From an uncultured Gammaproteobacteria bacterium (lineage in GTDB: Bacteria > Patescibacteriota > Patescibacteriia > VMEV01 > CAZAJQ01), in assembly GCA_964485795.1 (NCBI GenBank), contig CAZAJQ010000005.1, forward strand, positions 4,678-68,677: 64,000 bases of DNA. The letters are read 5' to 3'. The notes beneath the pieces are model-generated. The model was not told the origin of the DNA. It saw only the letters and a program-made list of their open reading frames with translations, and searched no databases. Of the stretch, positions 1-9,264 are shown one piece after another. A program made the position numbers and the translations under genes. Position 1 is the first letter of the stretch; the number at the start of each line of letters is the position of its first letter.

Positions 1-458
1 GCGGTTTGGACATGCGTCGCCATGATGGTGTTCTCTTCGGGAGTGAGTGAAACCGCACTCGCATCTTTCATGCGAAACGCAAGATTATAATACGTCTTCC
101 CTTTATAGCTGCTGGCATGAGCGACAAAAAGCGACTCGATATTTTTTATGAAAAATTCCGTGATTGAATTTCCAAAAAGCGATGATACCCGAACCGTTCC
201 CATATTGCCGAGCTTGTCGAGACGGATATCATGACGCTTGTTTGTCGCGATGACCAAAACTCCGAATCCGAGCATGAGAAAAGCCATGAAATATTCTATA
301 TTTTGCGATACTTGCCTCACTATGGAGACACCGGCAAACAAAAAAACGGCGCCGAGAAAATAAGCGCCGTAATTGTTTTTTCGCAATGTCATCGTGACAT
401 CGTCTTTTGCGACGACCTTCATGGAAGATGACGTAAACGTCTGAGCTTTGAGAGCCAT
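1..458 (-). CDS. Hypothetical membrane protein, partial (runs off the window edge)
   Basis: Manually translated open frame from ATG 458: MALKAQTFTSSSMKVVAKDDVTMTLRKNNYGAYFLGAVFLFAGVSIVRQ...YFMAFLMLGFGVLVIATNKR...; two hydrophobic segments and no stop before position 1. Confidence 0.7.
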   Translation of the reverse strand, partial: MALKAQTFTSSSMKVVAKDDVTMTLRKNNYGAYFLGAVFLFAGVSIVRQVSQNIEYFMAFLMLGFGVLVIATNKRHDIRLDKLGNMGTVRVSSLFGNSITEFFIKNIESLFVAHASSYKGKTYYNLAFRMKDASAVSLTPEENTIMATHVQT

Positions 459-526
459 AGAGTGATAACAATGAAATGCGTCAGAAATTTTTTTCCATCA
501 TTTTTTTTAAAAAATCCTCGCCGCGC

Positions 527-1099
527 CTACTTTGTTCCCTCCTCCATCATCTCCATCAACATTGTGAGGCACTCGGGCAAGGTAAAAAACCCGGCGCTGC
601 CGTTCAAATGCTCCCCGCCTGAAATGACGACAAGCTTGCAGCGGCATTTTTCGGATAAAACCTTTGCATGCTTCAAAGGCACCACCGTGTCATTATCCCC
701 ATGGATAACGCCGAATTTTTGACAATTCGCTCGGATGGTCTCAAAGTCGAAATCATGTTCAAAAAATGAATGAAGCTTTTCATTGTCGGTTTTCTCGCAA
801 GGACCGGAAACGAGTATCGCGCCACTGATCGGTGAAATATCATTTTCCAAGAATCTCAAAATCGCCGGTACTCCGAGAGAATGCCCGATAAGGTATATTT
901 CATCGTCTGCGTGAATCTCTCTTCGCTGCCTTGCGATCTCGGCCACCCATTCGCTGCATACCGGAGCTTCCGGCGAAGGCATGGGAAGGGCGCAGGCGTA
1001 AACGTCTTTTTTCATGAGTTCCGACATAAGCCACGGCCTCCATCCCCCGTTTGGCCGGCCTTCAAATCCATGGATAAGAAATACTTTTTTCATATGCAC
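527..1099 (-). CDS. Alpha/beta hydrolase, YdeN/RBBP9 family
   Basis: IHGF, GHSLG nucleophile elbow, HGDND..VP and GGEH motifs; 190 aa. Confidence 0.9.
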   Translation of the reverse strand: MHMKKVFLIHGFEGRPNGGWRPWLMSELMKKDVYACALPMPSPEAPVCSEWVAEIARQRREIHADDEIYLIGHSLGVPAILRFLENDISPISGAILVSGPCEKTDNEKLHSFFEHDFDFETIRANCQKFGVIHGDNDTVVPLKHAKVLSEKCRCKLVVISGGEHLNGSAGFFTLPECLTMLMEMMEEGTK

Positions 1100-1117
1100 T
1101 CTGAACTCATTTCACCT

Positions 1118-2242
1118 TCAAGTGATAAATTCAAAATAATTATCTTGGTGGATTATTTCTACCCTCGACTCGGGATACAGCTCCAAAAATCGTTCCGGAA
1201 TAGGGAATTTTTCTTTGTTCAACTTGATCTCGTAGGCGAAAATTTTCCCGTCACCTTCTTCGATCCAATCAATTTCTTTTTGATCATAGCTCCGCCAAAA
1301 ATAAAAGTTATAATAGCTTCCTTTATAGCTGTTTCTCTTGATTCTCTCCATAATGAGAAAATTTTCCCACAGCTCTCCACGATCATTTCTCTCTTCAAAG
1401 GAGTTGAATTGGCCTATAACCGCATTGCGGATGCCATTGTCAAAAAAATAATATTTACGTTTTTTGGCGATTTCTTTTCTCAGATTCCTACCAAAACTGC
1501 CAAGTGACTTTATGACAAATGCTTTCTCGAGAAGATCAAGGTATCTTTCCACGGTTCGAGAATTCAATCCCACCTGCGTGGCCAATTCGCTGATTGAAAC
1601 TGGCTTCCCGATTTGAAACGCGAGAAGCTTGACGAGCTTCATGAGTGCATTTGGATTTCGCACATTGTCGAGCGATAAAATATCCTTAAACAGATAAGAC
1701 TCCGCTATTTCTTTGAGAATCTTTATCTTCTCCTCTTTCGACTTCGCAACAACCACCTCGGGATATGAACCAAAAACAAGGAAATCTTCTTTTTTTTGCT
1801 TCAGCTCGAAAACGTTGTGCTGATTCAAAAGCTCCATCTGAGCAATCGGAAAAAGCGTAAGGGTGGTTTTACGTCCCGTAAGGGGCTCGCCGATTTTATT
1901 GGCGAGGTCAAAGGAAGAAGATCCAGTCGCGATGACTTGAATGTCGGGATGTTGATCAATGATGATTTTCAATCCCATTCCAACATCAGGTATTTGCTGA
2001 GCCTCATCAATCACAATGAGCTCATATCCGGAAACATAATCGGCAATCTGTCGAAAATCTTGGGAGCTCAAAACCTTGCGAGCAGCAACACTGTCGCCCG
2101 AATCAACGAGATATTTCTTTGTGACTTTTAAAAGATATTGCTCAAGAAGCGTCGTCTTCCCGATTCGTCGAGGGCCATAAATAACCAATACCCTTCCGGC
2201 TTTCATAAAACTATTCAAATTGTTGTAAAATCTCTGAATCAT
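1118..2242 (-). CDS. AAA+ ATPase with DUF4143 / C-terminal PD-(D/E)XK-like domain
   Basis: Walker A GPRRIGKTT, IDEAQ, ATGSSS, LTGR, YFFDNG, GELWENF, EIDW...YEIK. Confidence 0.9.
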   Translation of the reverse strand: MIQRFYNNLNSFMKAGRVLVIYGPRRIGKTTLLEQYLLKVTKKYLVDSGDSVAARKVLSSQDFRQIADYVSGYELIVIDEAQQIPDVGMGLKIIIDQHPDIQVIATGSSSFDLANKIGEPLTGRKTTLTLFPIAQMELLNQHNVFELKQKKEDFLVFGSYPEVVVAKSKEEKIKILKEIAESYLFKDILSLDNVRNPNALMKLVKLLAFQIGKPVSISELATQVGLNSRTVERYLDLLEKAFVIKSLGSFGRNLRKEIAKKRKYYFFDNGIRNAVIGQFNSFEERNDRGELWENFLIMERIKRNSYKGSYYNFYFWRSYDQKEIDWIEEGDGKIFAYEIKLNKEKFPIPERFLELYPESRVEIIHQDNYFEFIT

Positions 2243-2456
2243 ATATTCCCATGATACACGAACTGCAAATTTTTGTCAAAATATTTGTATTAGTACTACA
2301 AAAATTTGGCTGAATATTTGTAGTAGAACTTAAGCAGACATACAATAGATAGATGGAAAGATTTTATCTCACTATGTTGAGGTTTTGACAAAAATCCTCG
2401 TTTTGTGTGTTAAATGTATAGGTTTTGTGTATCAATGTTGAGGTTTTTCGAATTCA

Positions 2457-2540
2457 TGCCGGGAGCGGGACTCGAACCCGCAAGGAGTTTCCTCCAAGAG
2501 ATTTTAAGTCTCTCGTGTCTACCAGTTTCACCATCCCGGC
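2457..2540 (-). tRNA. tRNA-Leu(TAA)
   Basis: Reverse complement GCCGGGATGGTGAAACTGGTAGACACGAGAGACTTAAAATCTCT...GGTTCGAGTCCCGCTCCCGGCA; long variable arm; CCA not encoded. Confidence 0.95.
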
Positions 2541-2587
2541 AATACAATTTTTCACCCTTTACCTGAAATCCTTGTTGAAAAAAAATC

Positions 2588-3412
2588 TTACGGATTCACC
2601 CATTCATCGCTGATAACTTTCAACACGCCGTCCACCTTCTCTTTTCGGACGACGCGGAATTGCTGTTTTTCGATATCCCAATTTTGATCAATCTCCGAAA
2701 TACGTTCAAAATCTCCTTCATCCATCCAATGGTACACTTCGTCGATGAAAATAGATCCTGCCATTCCAAGATTATGATGCGTTTTAACGACTTTATTCTT
2801 TTCATCCGCAAAAGGAGACGATAATCCATTGAGCTTGGTATTCAATACAAAGTCCTTTTTCTTTTCATCGAAAATCCAATATTGATATCCCCGATTTCCG
2901 CTTCCTACCCAAGACAACAATCGAATATCTCCAAATCCATCAAAATTAATATCTTCAATCTTTACAAAATCGTCTTCGAAAAACAAATTTTCAGCAAGCG
3001 CCAAATCATGCTCAAACTCCAGATCTAGATCAAAATCAGTATTACTGTTCATGAGTATTCTCATCATGCTCAAGGGAACCTCCCTTTTATCAAAAAAAAT
3101 AATATTCACACGATAATCCCTGTCGGTAGAAGCATAATTTTGGGGGCTTATGGAGCCAAAAGAACATTGCATCACAGGTTTTAGGCTTTCCGTTTCATAA
3201 TAATAAAGACCCACCGATTCTTTGTCGCGATTACATTTCTCATTGAATCCTTCGACCGTATTTTCAGATACATCCGCAGTTTCCTGAAATACCTTCATAT
3301 CCGAACTTTGAAATAAATCCTTTTCAAATTTTGCAAACAAAAAACCGCCCCCTCCGATAACCAAAAATACCGATACCCAAAGCGCTATTTTCCATTGACG
3401 CGACATGATCAT
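2588..3412 (-). CDS. Membrane-anchored/secreted protein with FG-GAP-like motif (XAC2610-like)
   Basis: N-terminal TM helix; EDINFDGFGDI followed by Y.YWIFD...FV..L. Confidence 0.65.
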   Translation of the reverse strand: MIMSRQWKIALWVSVFLVIGGGGFLFAKFEKDLFQSSDMKVFQETADVSENTVEGFNEKCNRDKESVGLYYYETESLKPVMQCSFGSISPQNYASTDRDYRVNIIFFDKREVPLSMMRILMNSNTDFDLDLEFEHDLALAENLFFEDDFVKIEDINFDGFGDIRLLSWVGSGNRGYQYWIFDEKKKDFVLNTKLNGLSSPFADEKNKVVKTHHNLGMAGSIFIDEVYHWMDEGDFERISEIDQNWDIEKQQFRVVRKEKVDGVLKVISDEWVNP

Positions 3413-3572
3413 AAGTGTGAATCAATTTTTCACACTCAATCTATCACTTTTTATGCCGATTTACAATAAACTTAGCTTTTTTTTTCGCGTCCTTTTGCGA
3501 GAAGAGCCGCGGGTAAAATCCCCGTCAAAAATGTGAGATTGTAATTTCGGACTGACAATTCGATTTGAAAAA

Positions 3573-3600
3573 TTGACCAAAATCCACAATCTGCTATCTT
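3573..3600 (+). promoter_or_regulatory. Putative sigma70 promoter for the 75-aa ORF
   Basis: TTGACC-N16-TATCTT with extended -10 TG. Confidence 0.5.
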
Positions 3601-3667
3601 GCTTGAATGCCGATTTGGATTGTCGTTCTATTTTTTTTAAAAAAACCTTTATACAAAGGAGTTCTTT

Positions 3668-3895
3668 ATGGGAAACGATGGAAAGAAAAAAAGGGTCGTG
3701 AAGTCCGGCGAGGGAAGAAAAAAATGGACACGAACAAAGTCCAATCAGTCGTCAAAGGCTCCCCTCAAATGCCCCTCTCACGCTGATGAATCGTTTGAAA
3801 GTGATGATGACTACACACCAAGGCAGAAATTTGCATCAAGCGACAGCGGCAAAATCTGCTGGTTATCAAAATTTTCAGACCAATTTTACGACTAG
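3668..3895 (+). CDS. Small orphan protein (75 aa; basic N-terminus, acidic middle)
   Basis: AAAGGAG SD upstream, own promoter and downstream terminator. Confidence 0.6.
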   Translation: MGNDGKKKRVVKSGEGRKKWTRTKSNQSSKAPLKCPSHADESFESDDDYTPRQKFASSDSGKICWLSKFSDQFYD

Positions 3896-3923
3896 GACAC
3901 CCTTTCAAAAGCTCCTTGATCAT

Positions 3924-3960
3924 AAAAGCCCTTGCTTTGGCGGCTACAAGGGCTTTTTTT
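3924..3960 (+). terminator. Intrinsic terminator (possibly bidirectional)
   Basis: AAAAGCCCTTG-loop-CAAGGGCTTTTTTT. Confidence 0.8.
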
Positions 3961-4001
3961 ATTTCATTATGATTCTACTACTCCTGCCAAAGACAGGCAG
4001 G

Positions 4002-4040
4002 CCTCTGCCCTTCGGGCATCTCCCCTTGTCCAAGGGGAGA
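4002..4040. repeat. REP-like double hairpin
   Basis: TGCCC-TTC-GGGCA and TCTCCCCTTG-TC-CAAGGGGAGA; both parts recur in 15757-15800. Confidence 0.7.
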
Positions 4041-4079
4041 ACTCAAATGGTATGGGTTTCCATCAACACAGTCTTCAAA

Positions 4080-5417
4080 CTAGTTTGCCGGTGCGGGAAT
4101 CAATCCCCCGCGCTCGGGCGCCACACCTTTTTCAAAAAAGCCGGTGCAAAGCTGAAAGCCGCTTGCGCGGTCGATGCCTAACAAAGTAATCTTGTTTTTA
4201 TCCGCGCTAAACTTGATCTTTGCGAGATTATTCGTGGGCGACTCGATATCCCCGGGAAATAAGGCCACATGTGTGGCTTGGTAACTTGGAAATCCGCCCC
4301 TGAAAACGACAATGCCATTTTCAGGATTGGTTTCGGGAAGCAAAGTCAGCCGCACTTCTTCGGTATCGATGGCGCTTTCCAAAATAGCCTCCTCAAAACC
4401 GCAAGAAAACCCACCGTACGAAATTTTTTTTGATTCAACCTTTCTCGGCTCGACGGCGGGAGCATTAACCGGCTTGGTGTCCTTTTTCAGACCGGTTACC
4501 ACATCGTCTTCATTGTTGTCTTCCGGTTCATCATCATTGTCGGCGGACTCGACAAAAGCTTCATGAAACAGGGCATCCGAATTTTTTTGCGATACGGCCG
4601 CATCGATCTCAATCATAAGCTTTATTTCAAAGCTTTCCTGAGGATTCAAAATATCGACACCGCAAATCGGAAGGCCAAAAAAAACCGTCGAACAATAACC
4701 CAATGTCGTAGAGACGGATTTCACCCCGGCTCCCAACGGGAGATAATCCGTGATGATCACGTCGCTTGCCACTCCGAGTCCGAGATTGGTCACTTTTATG
4801 GTATACATGAGCGTATCTCCGAGCTGTACCGTATCTTTGTCGGCCGTCATCTCCAGCGAGAGATCGGCGATTTTCGAAGGAGGAGGAATTGGCAAGGGTT
4901 GCTTTTTCTGCACCGGCACATTCGCTTGTTTAGTGTCGTCTTTTTGCAAACCCGTGATGAGGTCGGCTCGATTGTTCTCTTTGGGATCCTTGTCATTGCC
5001 GCTTGAGGCGACACGCGCGGTATTCACCAGGGTTGTCGCAGCTTCTTCCACCGTAACCGTCAGCAGGACGGAAACGCTTTGATCGGGTGATAAGCTCTCA
5101 AAATCGCATATCGGAACCCCCACGATGGTGATGCATTCTCCCCCGGCGGCGGAAAGGGACTTTACGGTCACGCCAAACGGGAGATTATCCGTCACCGTTA
5201 CATTCTTTGCGGTTTCGGGACCTCTATTCGTAACCGTCATCGTATATGTCAGGGTATCCCCGGCTTTCACACGGTCTTTATCGGCCGTCTTTTTGATCTC
5301 CAAATCCGCGACACCGGCATTATCGGGAGTTTTTTTATAGAGAAAAAAAATTCCGGTCGCAAGAATAGCGATGGAAATTCCTAAATAGATGAATTTTTTC
5401 ATATCGAATTTTTCCAT
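4080..5417 (-). CDS. Secreted protein with two DUF11 Ig-like domains
   Basis: N-terminal TM helix; two ADL.....AD...V..GDTL.YT..VTN.G...A..V..TD.LP.G repeats, each with a Cys pair; start 5417 or 5402. Confidence 0.88.
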   Translation of the reverse strand: MEKFDMKKFIYLGISIAILATGIFFLYKKTPDNAGVADLEIKKTADKDRVKAGDTLTYTMTVTNRGPETAKNVTVTDNLPFGVTVKSLSAAGGECITIVGVPICDFESLSPDQSVSVLLTVTVEEAATTLVNTARVASSGNDKDPKENNRADLITGLQKDDTKQANVPVQKKQPLPIPPPSKIADLSLEMTADKDTVQLGDTLMYTIKVTNLGLGVASDVIITDYLPLGAGVKSVSTTLGYCSTVFFGLPICGVDILNPQESFEIKLMIEIDAAVSQKNSDALFHEAFVESADNDDEPEDNNEDDVVTGLKKDTKPVNAPAVEPRKVESKKISYGGFSCGFEEAILESAIDTEEVRLTLLPETNPENGIVVFRGGFPSYQATHVALFPGDIESPTNNLAKIKFSADKNKITLLGIDRASGFQLCTGFFEKGVAPERGGLIPAPAN

Positions 5418-5634
5418 AGTATGGTACTCAAACCTAATATTCAACCTCACTTTTTCTCTTCGTATTTCGTTGCTTTAAACATGGAAAAAAATGAAGCTGC
5501 ACTGTTAAGTCAATTATTCATAAGGCATCAAGAAATAAAAGGATAATTTTTTTAAAAAAAAATGACTCACCGAGCGGATTGATTTTTCACCACTCTCACT
5601 CATTTTCGGTGAAAACATTGAAAAATTCCTGACA

Positions 5635-7347
5635 TCACCTGCCATGCAACCATTTCTCAAAATCTTTCGCGTTTTGGGTATTGATAATATCTTTTTTCTC
5701 CGCCCAACCGCGTCGAGCCTGCCCCACTCCCATCTCCAGCTGATCCATCTGCGCTACGGCATGACTGTCGGAACAAAGAATCATTGAGACGCCGATTTCC
5801 TTTGCCATTCGTATCAGCGTGTCATGGAGATCAAGTCGTTCTGGTGATGCGTTGATCTCGATCGCCTTGTTTTTCATTTTCGCAAAAGTGAAGACTTGTT
5901 TCCAATCGCACTCGATGGGTTCGCGCGAAAAAATTTTTCGCGCCGTCGGATGTCCAAGTATACGGACATGAGGATTTCTCAATGCCACGATCAGTCGCTT
6001 CGTATTTGCTCTACCGGTCATGCGAAAACTCGAATGCACCGCGGCGACGATACCGTCAAATCGAGCCATTTTTTCATCCGACACTTTCAATTTCCCATCT
6101 TTTTCGATATCCACTTCGCCACCGGCAAAAACTTGTATCTTTTCATTGGAGCATGATTTCACCGCATGAAGATACGAGGTGATTCGACTTTCTTTCACCG
6201 CATCGGCAATCGCCGGACCGAGGATATGATCGGTGATCATGATATATTCATACCCGAGCAAAATCGCTTTTCTGGTCATTTCTTCCGGAGTATTCATGCC
6301 GTCCGAAAAAGTGGTATGAAGCTGACAATCTCCTTTCACGTCTTTCAATGTCAAAAGCGCTGGAAGCACTCCTTGCAAACTCGCTTCGATCTCACCGGTA
6401 TCCGTACGCAGCTCGGGGTCCATCCATCGCATGCCCAAAGCCTCGTAAACGGATTTTTCATCACTCCCCGCGATGCGTTTTTTCCCTTTCCAAAGGCCGT
6501 ATTCATTGAGCTTCATGCCTTTTTTATGTGCGATAGTACGGAGATGGACATTGTGTCGCTTATCTCCCGTGAAATACAACAACGCCGAACCGTACTGCTC
6601 GTCCGGAATCACGAGCATGTCGGCATCAATGCCGATTTTCAAACGCACCGAAGCGCGGGTGGGACCAAAAGACATCACTTCTTTCACTTCCGGCAAATGG
6701 GTAAAAACGTTCAAAAAAGATTCCTGATCTTTTGACGAAGCGATCAAATCCATATCGCCGACCGTTTCCTGAAATCTCCGGAGCGACCCGGCCATATCGA
6801 TCCTTTTGACCCCTGCAATCGCACGTAACCTTGCGATAATTCTTCGCGCCAATGGCATGACCTCTCCCAGAAGCATACGTCCCTTCGAAGCCAAGTAAAG
6901 CTCTATCGCATGACGAATCTTGGCTTCCGACCTGTTTCCGAAGTGTCTCAAGGTCGCGATTTTGTGTCGTTGCACGACCTTTTGAAGGTCGGAAAGATTT
7001 CTGACATGAAGCTCATCATAGAGCTTTCGAACGGTTTTTGGACCGATGCCTTCGATGGCGAGAAGTTCTTCGAGCTTTACCGGACACTTTTTTTTCAACG
7101 CTTCATCGAGGGAAATCTTTCCGGTTTCGATATACTCGGCAATCTTGTCCGCAATGCCGCTCCCGATGGTCGGCAAATCCGCGAGAGCCTTTTTTCCGCC
7201 TTCATGGTAAAGCTTGGCCATGTCTTCCGCCGTATTTTCAAGATATTGCGCCACCCGACGATACGCACGAGGTTTGAAAGCGATGTCGTCGAATTCGAGA
7301 TAATCGGCGATCCCTGAAAAAATCTTTGCAAGTTCAAAATTTTTCAT
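5635..7347 (-). CDS. polX: DNA polymerase X with PHP domain
   Basis: RAYRR, HhH GIG motifs, AGSLRR..ETVGDMD, YFTG.K.HN, LNEYGL, PELR; PHP motifs TDH, HPT.R, EINA.P.RLD, SDSH. Confidence 0.95.
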   Translation of the reverse strand: MKNFELAKIFSGIADYLEFDDIAFKPRAYRRVAQYLENTAEDMAKLYHEGGKKALADLPTIGSGIADKIAEYIETGKISLDEALKKKCPVKLEELLAIEGIGPKTVRKLYDELHVRNLSDLQKVVQRHKIATLRHFGNRSEAKIRHAIELYLASKGRMLLGEVMPLARRIIARLRAIAGVKRIDMAGSLRRFQETVGDMDLIASSKDQESFLNVFTHLPEVKEVMSFGPTRASVRLKIGIDADMLVIPDEQYGSALLYFTGDKRHNVHLRTIAHKKGMKLNEYGLWKGKKRIAGSDEKSVYEALGMRWMDPELRTDTGEIEASLQGVLPALLTLKDVKGDCQLHTTFSDGMNTPEEMTRKAILLGYEYIMITDHILGPAIADAVKESRITSYLHAVKSCSNEKIQVFAGGEVDIEKDGKLKVSDEKMARFDGIVAAVHSSFRMTGRANTKRLIVALRNPHVRILGHPTARKIFSREPIECDWKQVFTFAKMKNKAIEINASPERLDLHDTLIRMAKEIGVSMILCSDSHAVAQMDQLEMGVGQARRGWAEKKDIINTQNAKDFEKWLHGR

Positions 7348-7486
7348 GTTACGCGCATACTCTGAAAAGAGATATTCTCCCGCCATTCCTTATTTTATTC
7401 TATCTCTTTCCGGTGAACGTATCTACCCCCACGCTTCAAAGGAAGATGGCTTTTGAAAAACTCATGGAGTTTTCAACATCATTCTC

Positions 7487-7515
7487 TTGACGCGATCATC
7501 TGTCGTGTTTATAGT
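7487..7515 (+). promoter_or_regulatory. Sigma70 promoter of the leader/ATP-grasp unit
   Basis: TTGACG-N17-TATAGT. Confidence 0.75.
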
Positions 7516-7527
7516 GAATGAACATTT

Positions 7528-7602
7528 ATGTTAAAAAATTTCCAGCAGTCATTTTGGTTTATTCTTATGCACCTGCCTCAAGCTGGAATCGGTTTGCGCT
7601 AA
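7528..7602 (+). CDS. Putative attenuator leader peptide MLKNFQQSFWFILMHLPQAGIGLR
   Basis: 24-codon ORF starting just after the predicted TSS and overlapping segments 1 and 2 of the alternative RNA structure. Confidence 0.55.
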   Translation: MLKNFQQSFWFILMHLPQAGIGLR

Positions 7603-7654
7603 ATCATAGCATCAAAGTATCAAAAACCGTCCTTCCAGCAAAGGGCGGTTTTTT
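7540..7654 (+). promoter_or_regulatory. Transcription attenuator (terminator/antiterminator)
   Basis: Segment 1 TTCCAGC 7540-7546; segment 2 GCTGGAATCGGTTT 7582-7595; segment 3 AAACCGTCCTTCCAGC 7624-7639; terminator stem 7622-7634/7641-7653 with U-tract. Confidence 0.65.
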
Positions 7655-7804
7655 GTGTCATGGGGGGTATACACGCAACGTGAAAGAAAGCCGATGCCTC
7701 GCACTCAAACGTTTCAAAAAAGATTGATCCATGGGAGCCGGACATGAGCTTTCAAGAGTCAGAAAGCCGTTCTTTTCATCATTCAATCACAGGAGGTTTA
7801 TCAC

Positions 7805-9196
7805 ATGAATCTATCGCTTCACATGAATGGGACAGCCGTCGTCACTGCTCCCCTCGGTGATATCGTAGTACACGATATCAAATCGTCACTCGGTCATTTT
7901 TGTACGTTGCCAAATTTCGTGACCCGGTATCCCGAAGTGGTCATCAAGGCGCTCGAAAAAATTTACCTGGAATACAACGGCGCTTTTTCCCCGCTTGTGG
8001 AAAGGAATCGCGAATGGGAAAACGATTACCGATACTGCATATACGGCGGAAAATTCGAAAATGTCGCGGTTCAGATCGATATGGTCGGTCTGACCGACGC
8101 CATGCTCGAAACGCTCTCCCGCTTATCCATGGAAGAAGTTATTTCACTGCTCAAAAATTCGATCTTTGAAATCGAAAACTCTCTGGCAATGTACCAGCTT
8201 CTCGAAAAGCAATTTCGAAGAGATGTAGAAAAGTCTTTTTTCAGCCTTCGATTTCGCACAGTTCTCAATCACCTGAGACAAACACATCGGATGCCCATCG
8301 CATTGCTGGCCGTCACACGATCAAAATACGAAGGAATGTTGACTTCGGAGTTTGGCAAAAAGCCCGATGAGGAGATCACCGATGCCGAAGTCTTTGAACT
8401 TTCCGGGTTTGACGCCTTTTTCTCTCCGGAACGATTCGCTCGATACATCCGTGAAAACGGAAATCGATGCGAATACTTGCTCTATGCGAGAACGTCGGAT
8501 CCCATAAACAAGCTCAAAGATTCCACCCGAAAAAACGAGTACTCGTTGCTCGAAGACGCAACGCTCCGCGAAATCATAAAACGGCATGCGATCACCTGCA
8601 ACATTGATGCACCGGACATGGATTACCGGAAAAAAATCAATGATACCAAAGAATATCTTCATCCCATGAATATGGCTTATGAAATCAAAGGCATGAAAGA
8701 TATCATGTCCGAACATTTTCTCAATGTTCTCGAAAAACGCAGAAACAACCGAGGGAGAATCGATCCCGATGAAAATCTTTTCGGAAATTTCTATCCGGAA
8801 GACTTGAAAAAGTTTCTGCTGGCGCGGGGAATCAACCAAAATGCCATCGATGCGGGCAAAGTCACTCTCTGATGCAAACCCGCCAAAGGGACCTACGGAT
8901 GCTATGGACATGTTTCCGGAACGATTGCGGATAAAAATTTTCGTAGCGATCTAAAAAAAGAAATCCATCGACGCGGACACTATGTCGTCCAGCCCGAAAT
9001 TCCCGCATCCGTCATTTCCAATGAAACGACCGGAGAAACATACACCTTCATTGATCGAATTTTCTTCGGTATCATCGAAGGGAATCCTCTCTTCCTCGGC
9101 GGTATGAGAAATCTCATGCCGCAAGAGAGCATTGAAAATAAAAAAGGAAGGATACACGGCAACTCAAAAGCCGTGTATGCCGAAATCGTGTGCTGA
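7805..9196 (+). pseudogene. Probable circularly permuted ATP-grasp ligase interrupted by an in-frame TGA at 8870-8872 (pseudogene, sequencing error or readthrough)
   Basis: AGGAGG SD; QIDMVG and FEIENS in the N-terminal part; the frame stays open 107 codons after TGA: CKPAKGTYGCYGH...YVVQPEI...FIDRIFF...FLGG. Confidence 0.6.
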
Positions 9197-9264
9197 ATCG
9201 TTTTATCATGAGTTCTTTCTTTCTATCGGGCCAGCGTTTATACTCTATATGCTAGTATAAACGC

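Noticed and set aside
7518-7727. 69-aa ORF as the leader peptide
   Set aside because: It starts only 2 nt after the -10 box, upstream of the likely TSS, and reads through the terminator. The 7528-7602 ORF fits the attenuator geometry better.
8870-8872. Genome-wide UGA recoding (code 25, as in Gracilibacteria/Absconditabacteria)
   Set aside because: infB, folC, mutL, ruvB, tsaD and others end at TGA at their expected lengths, and no conserved gene has an internal TGA.
8870-8920. Selenocysteine insertion at the internal TGA
   Set aside because: Only a 3-bp CCC/GGG stem follows, which is not a convincing SECIS. The position is not a redox motif and no sel genes are in the window.
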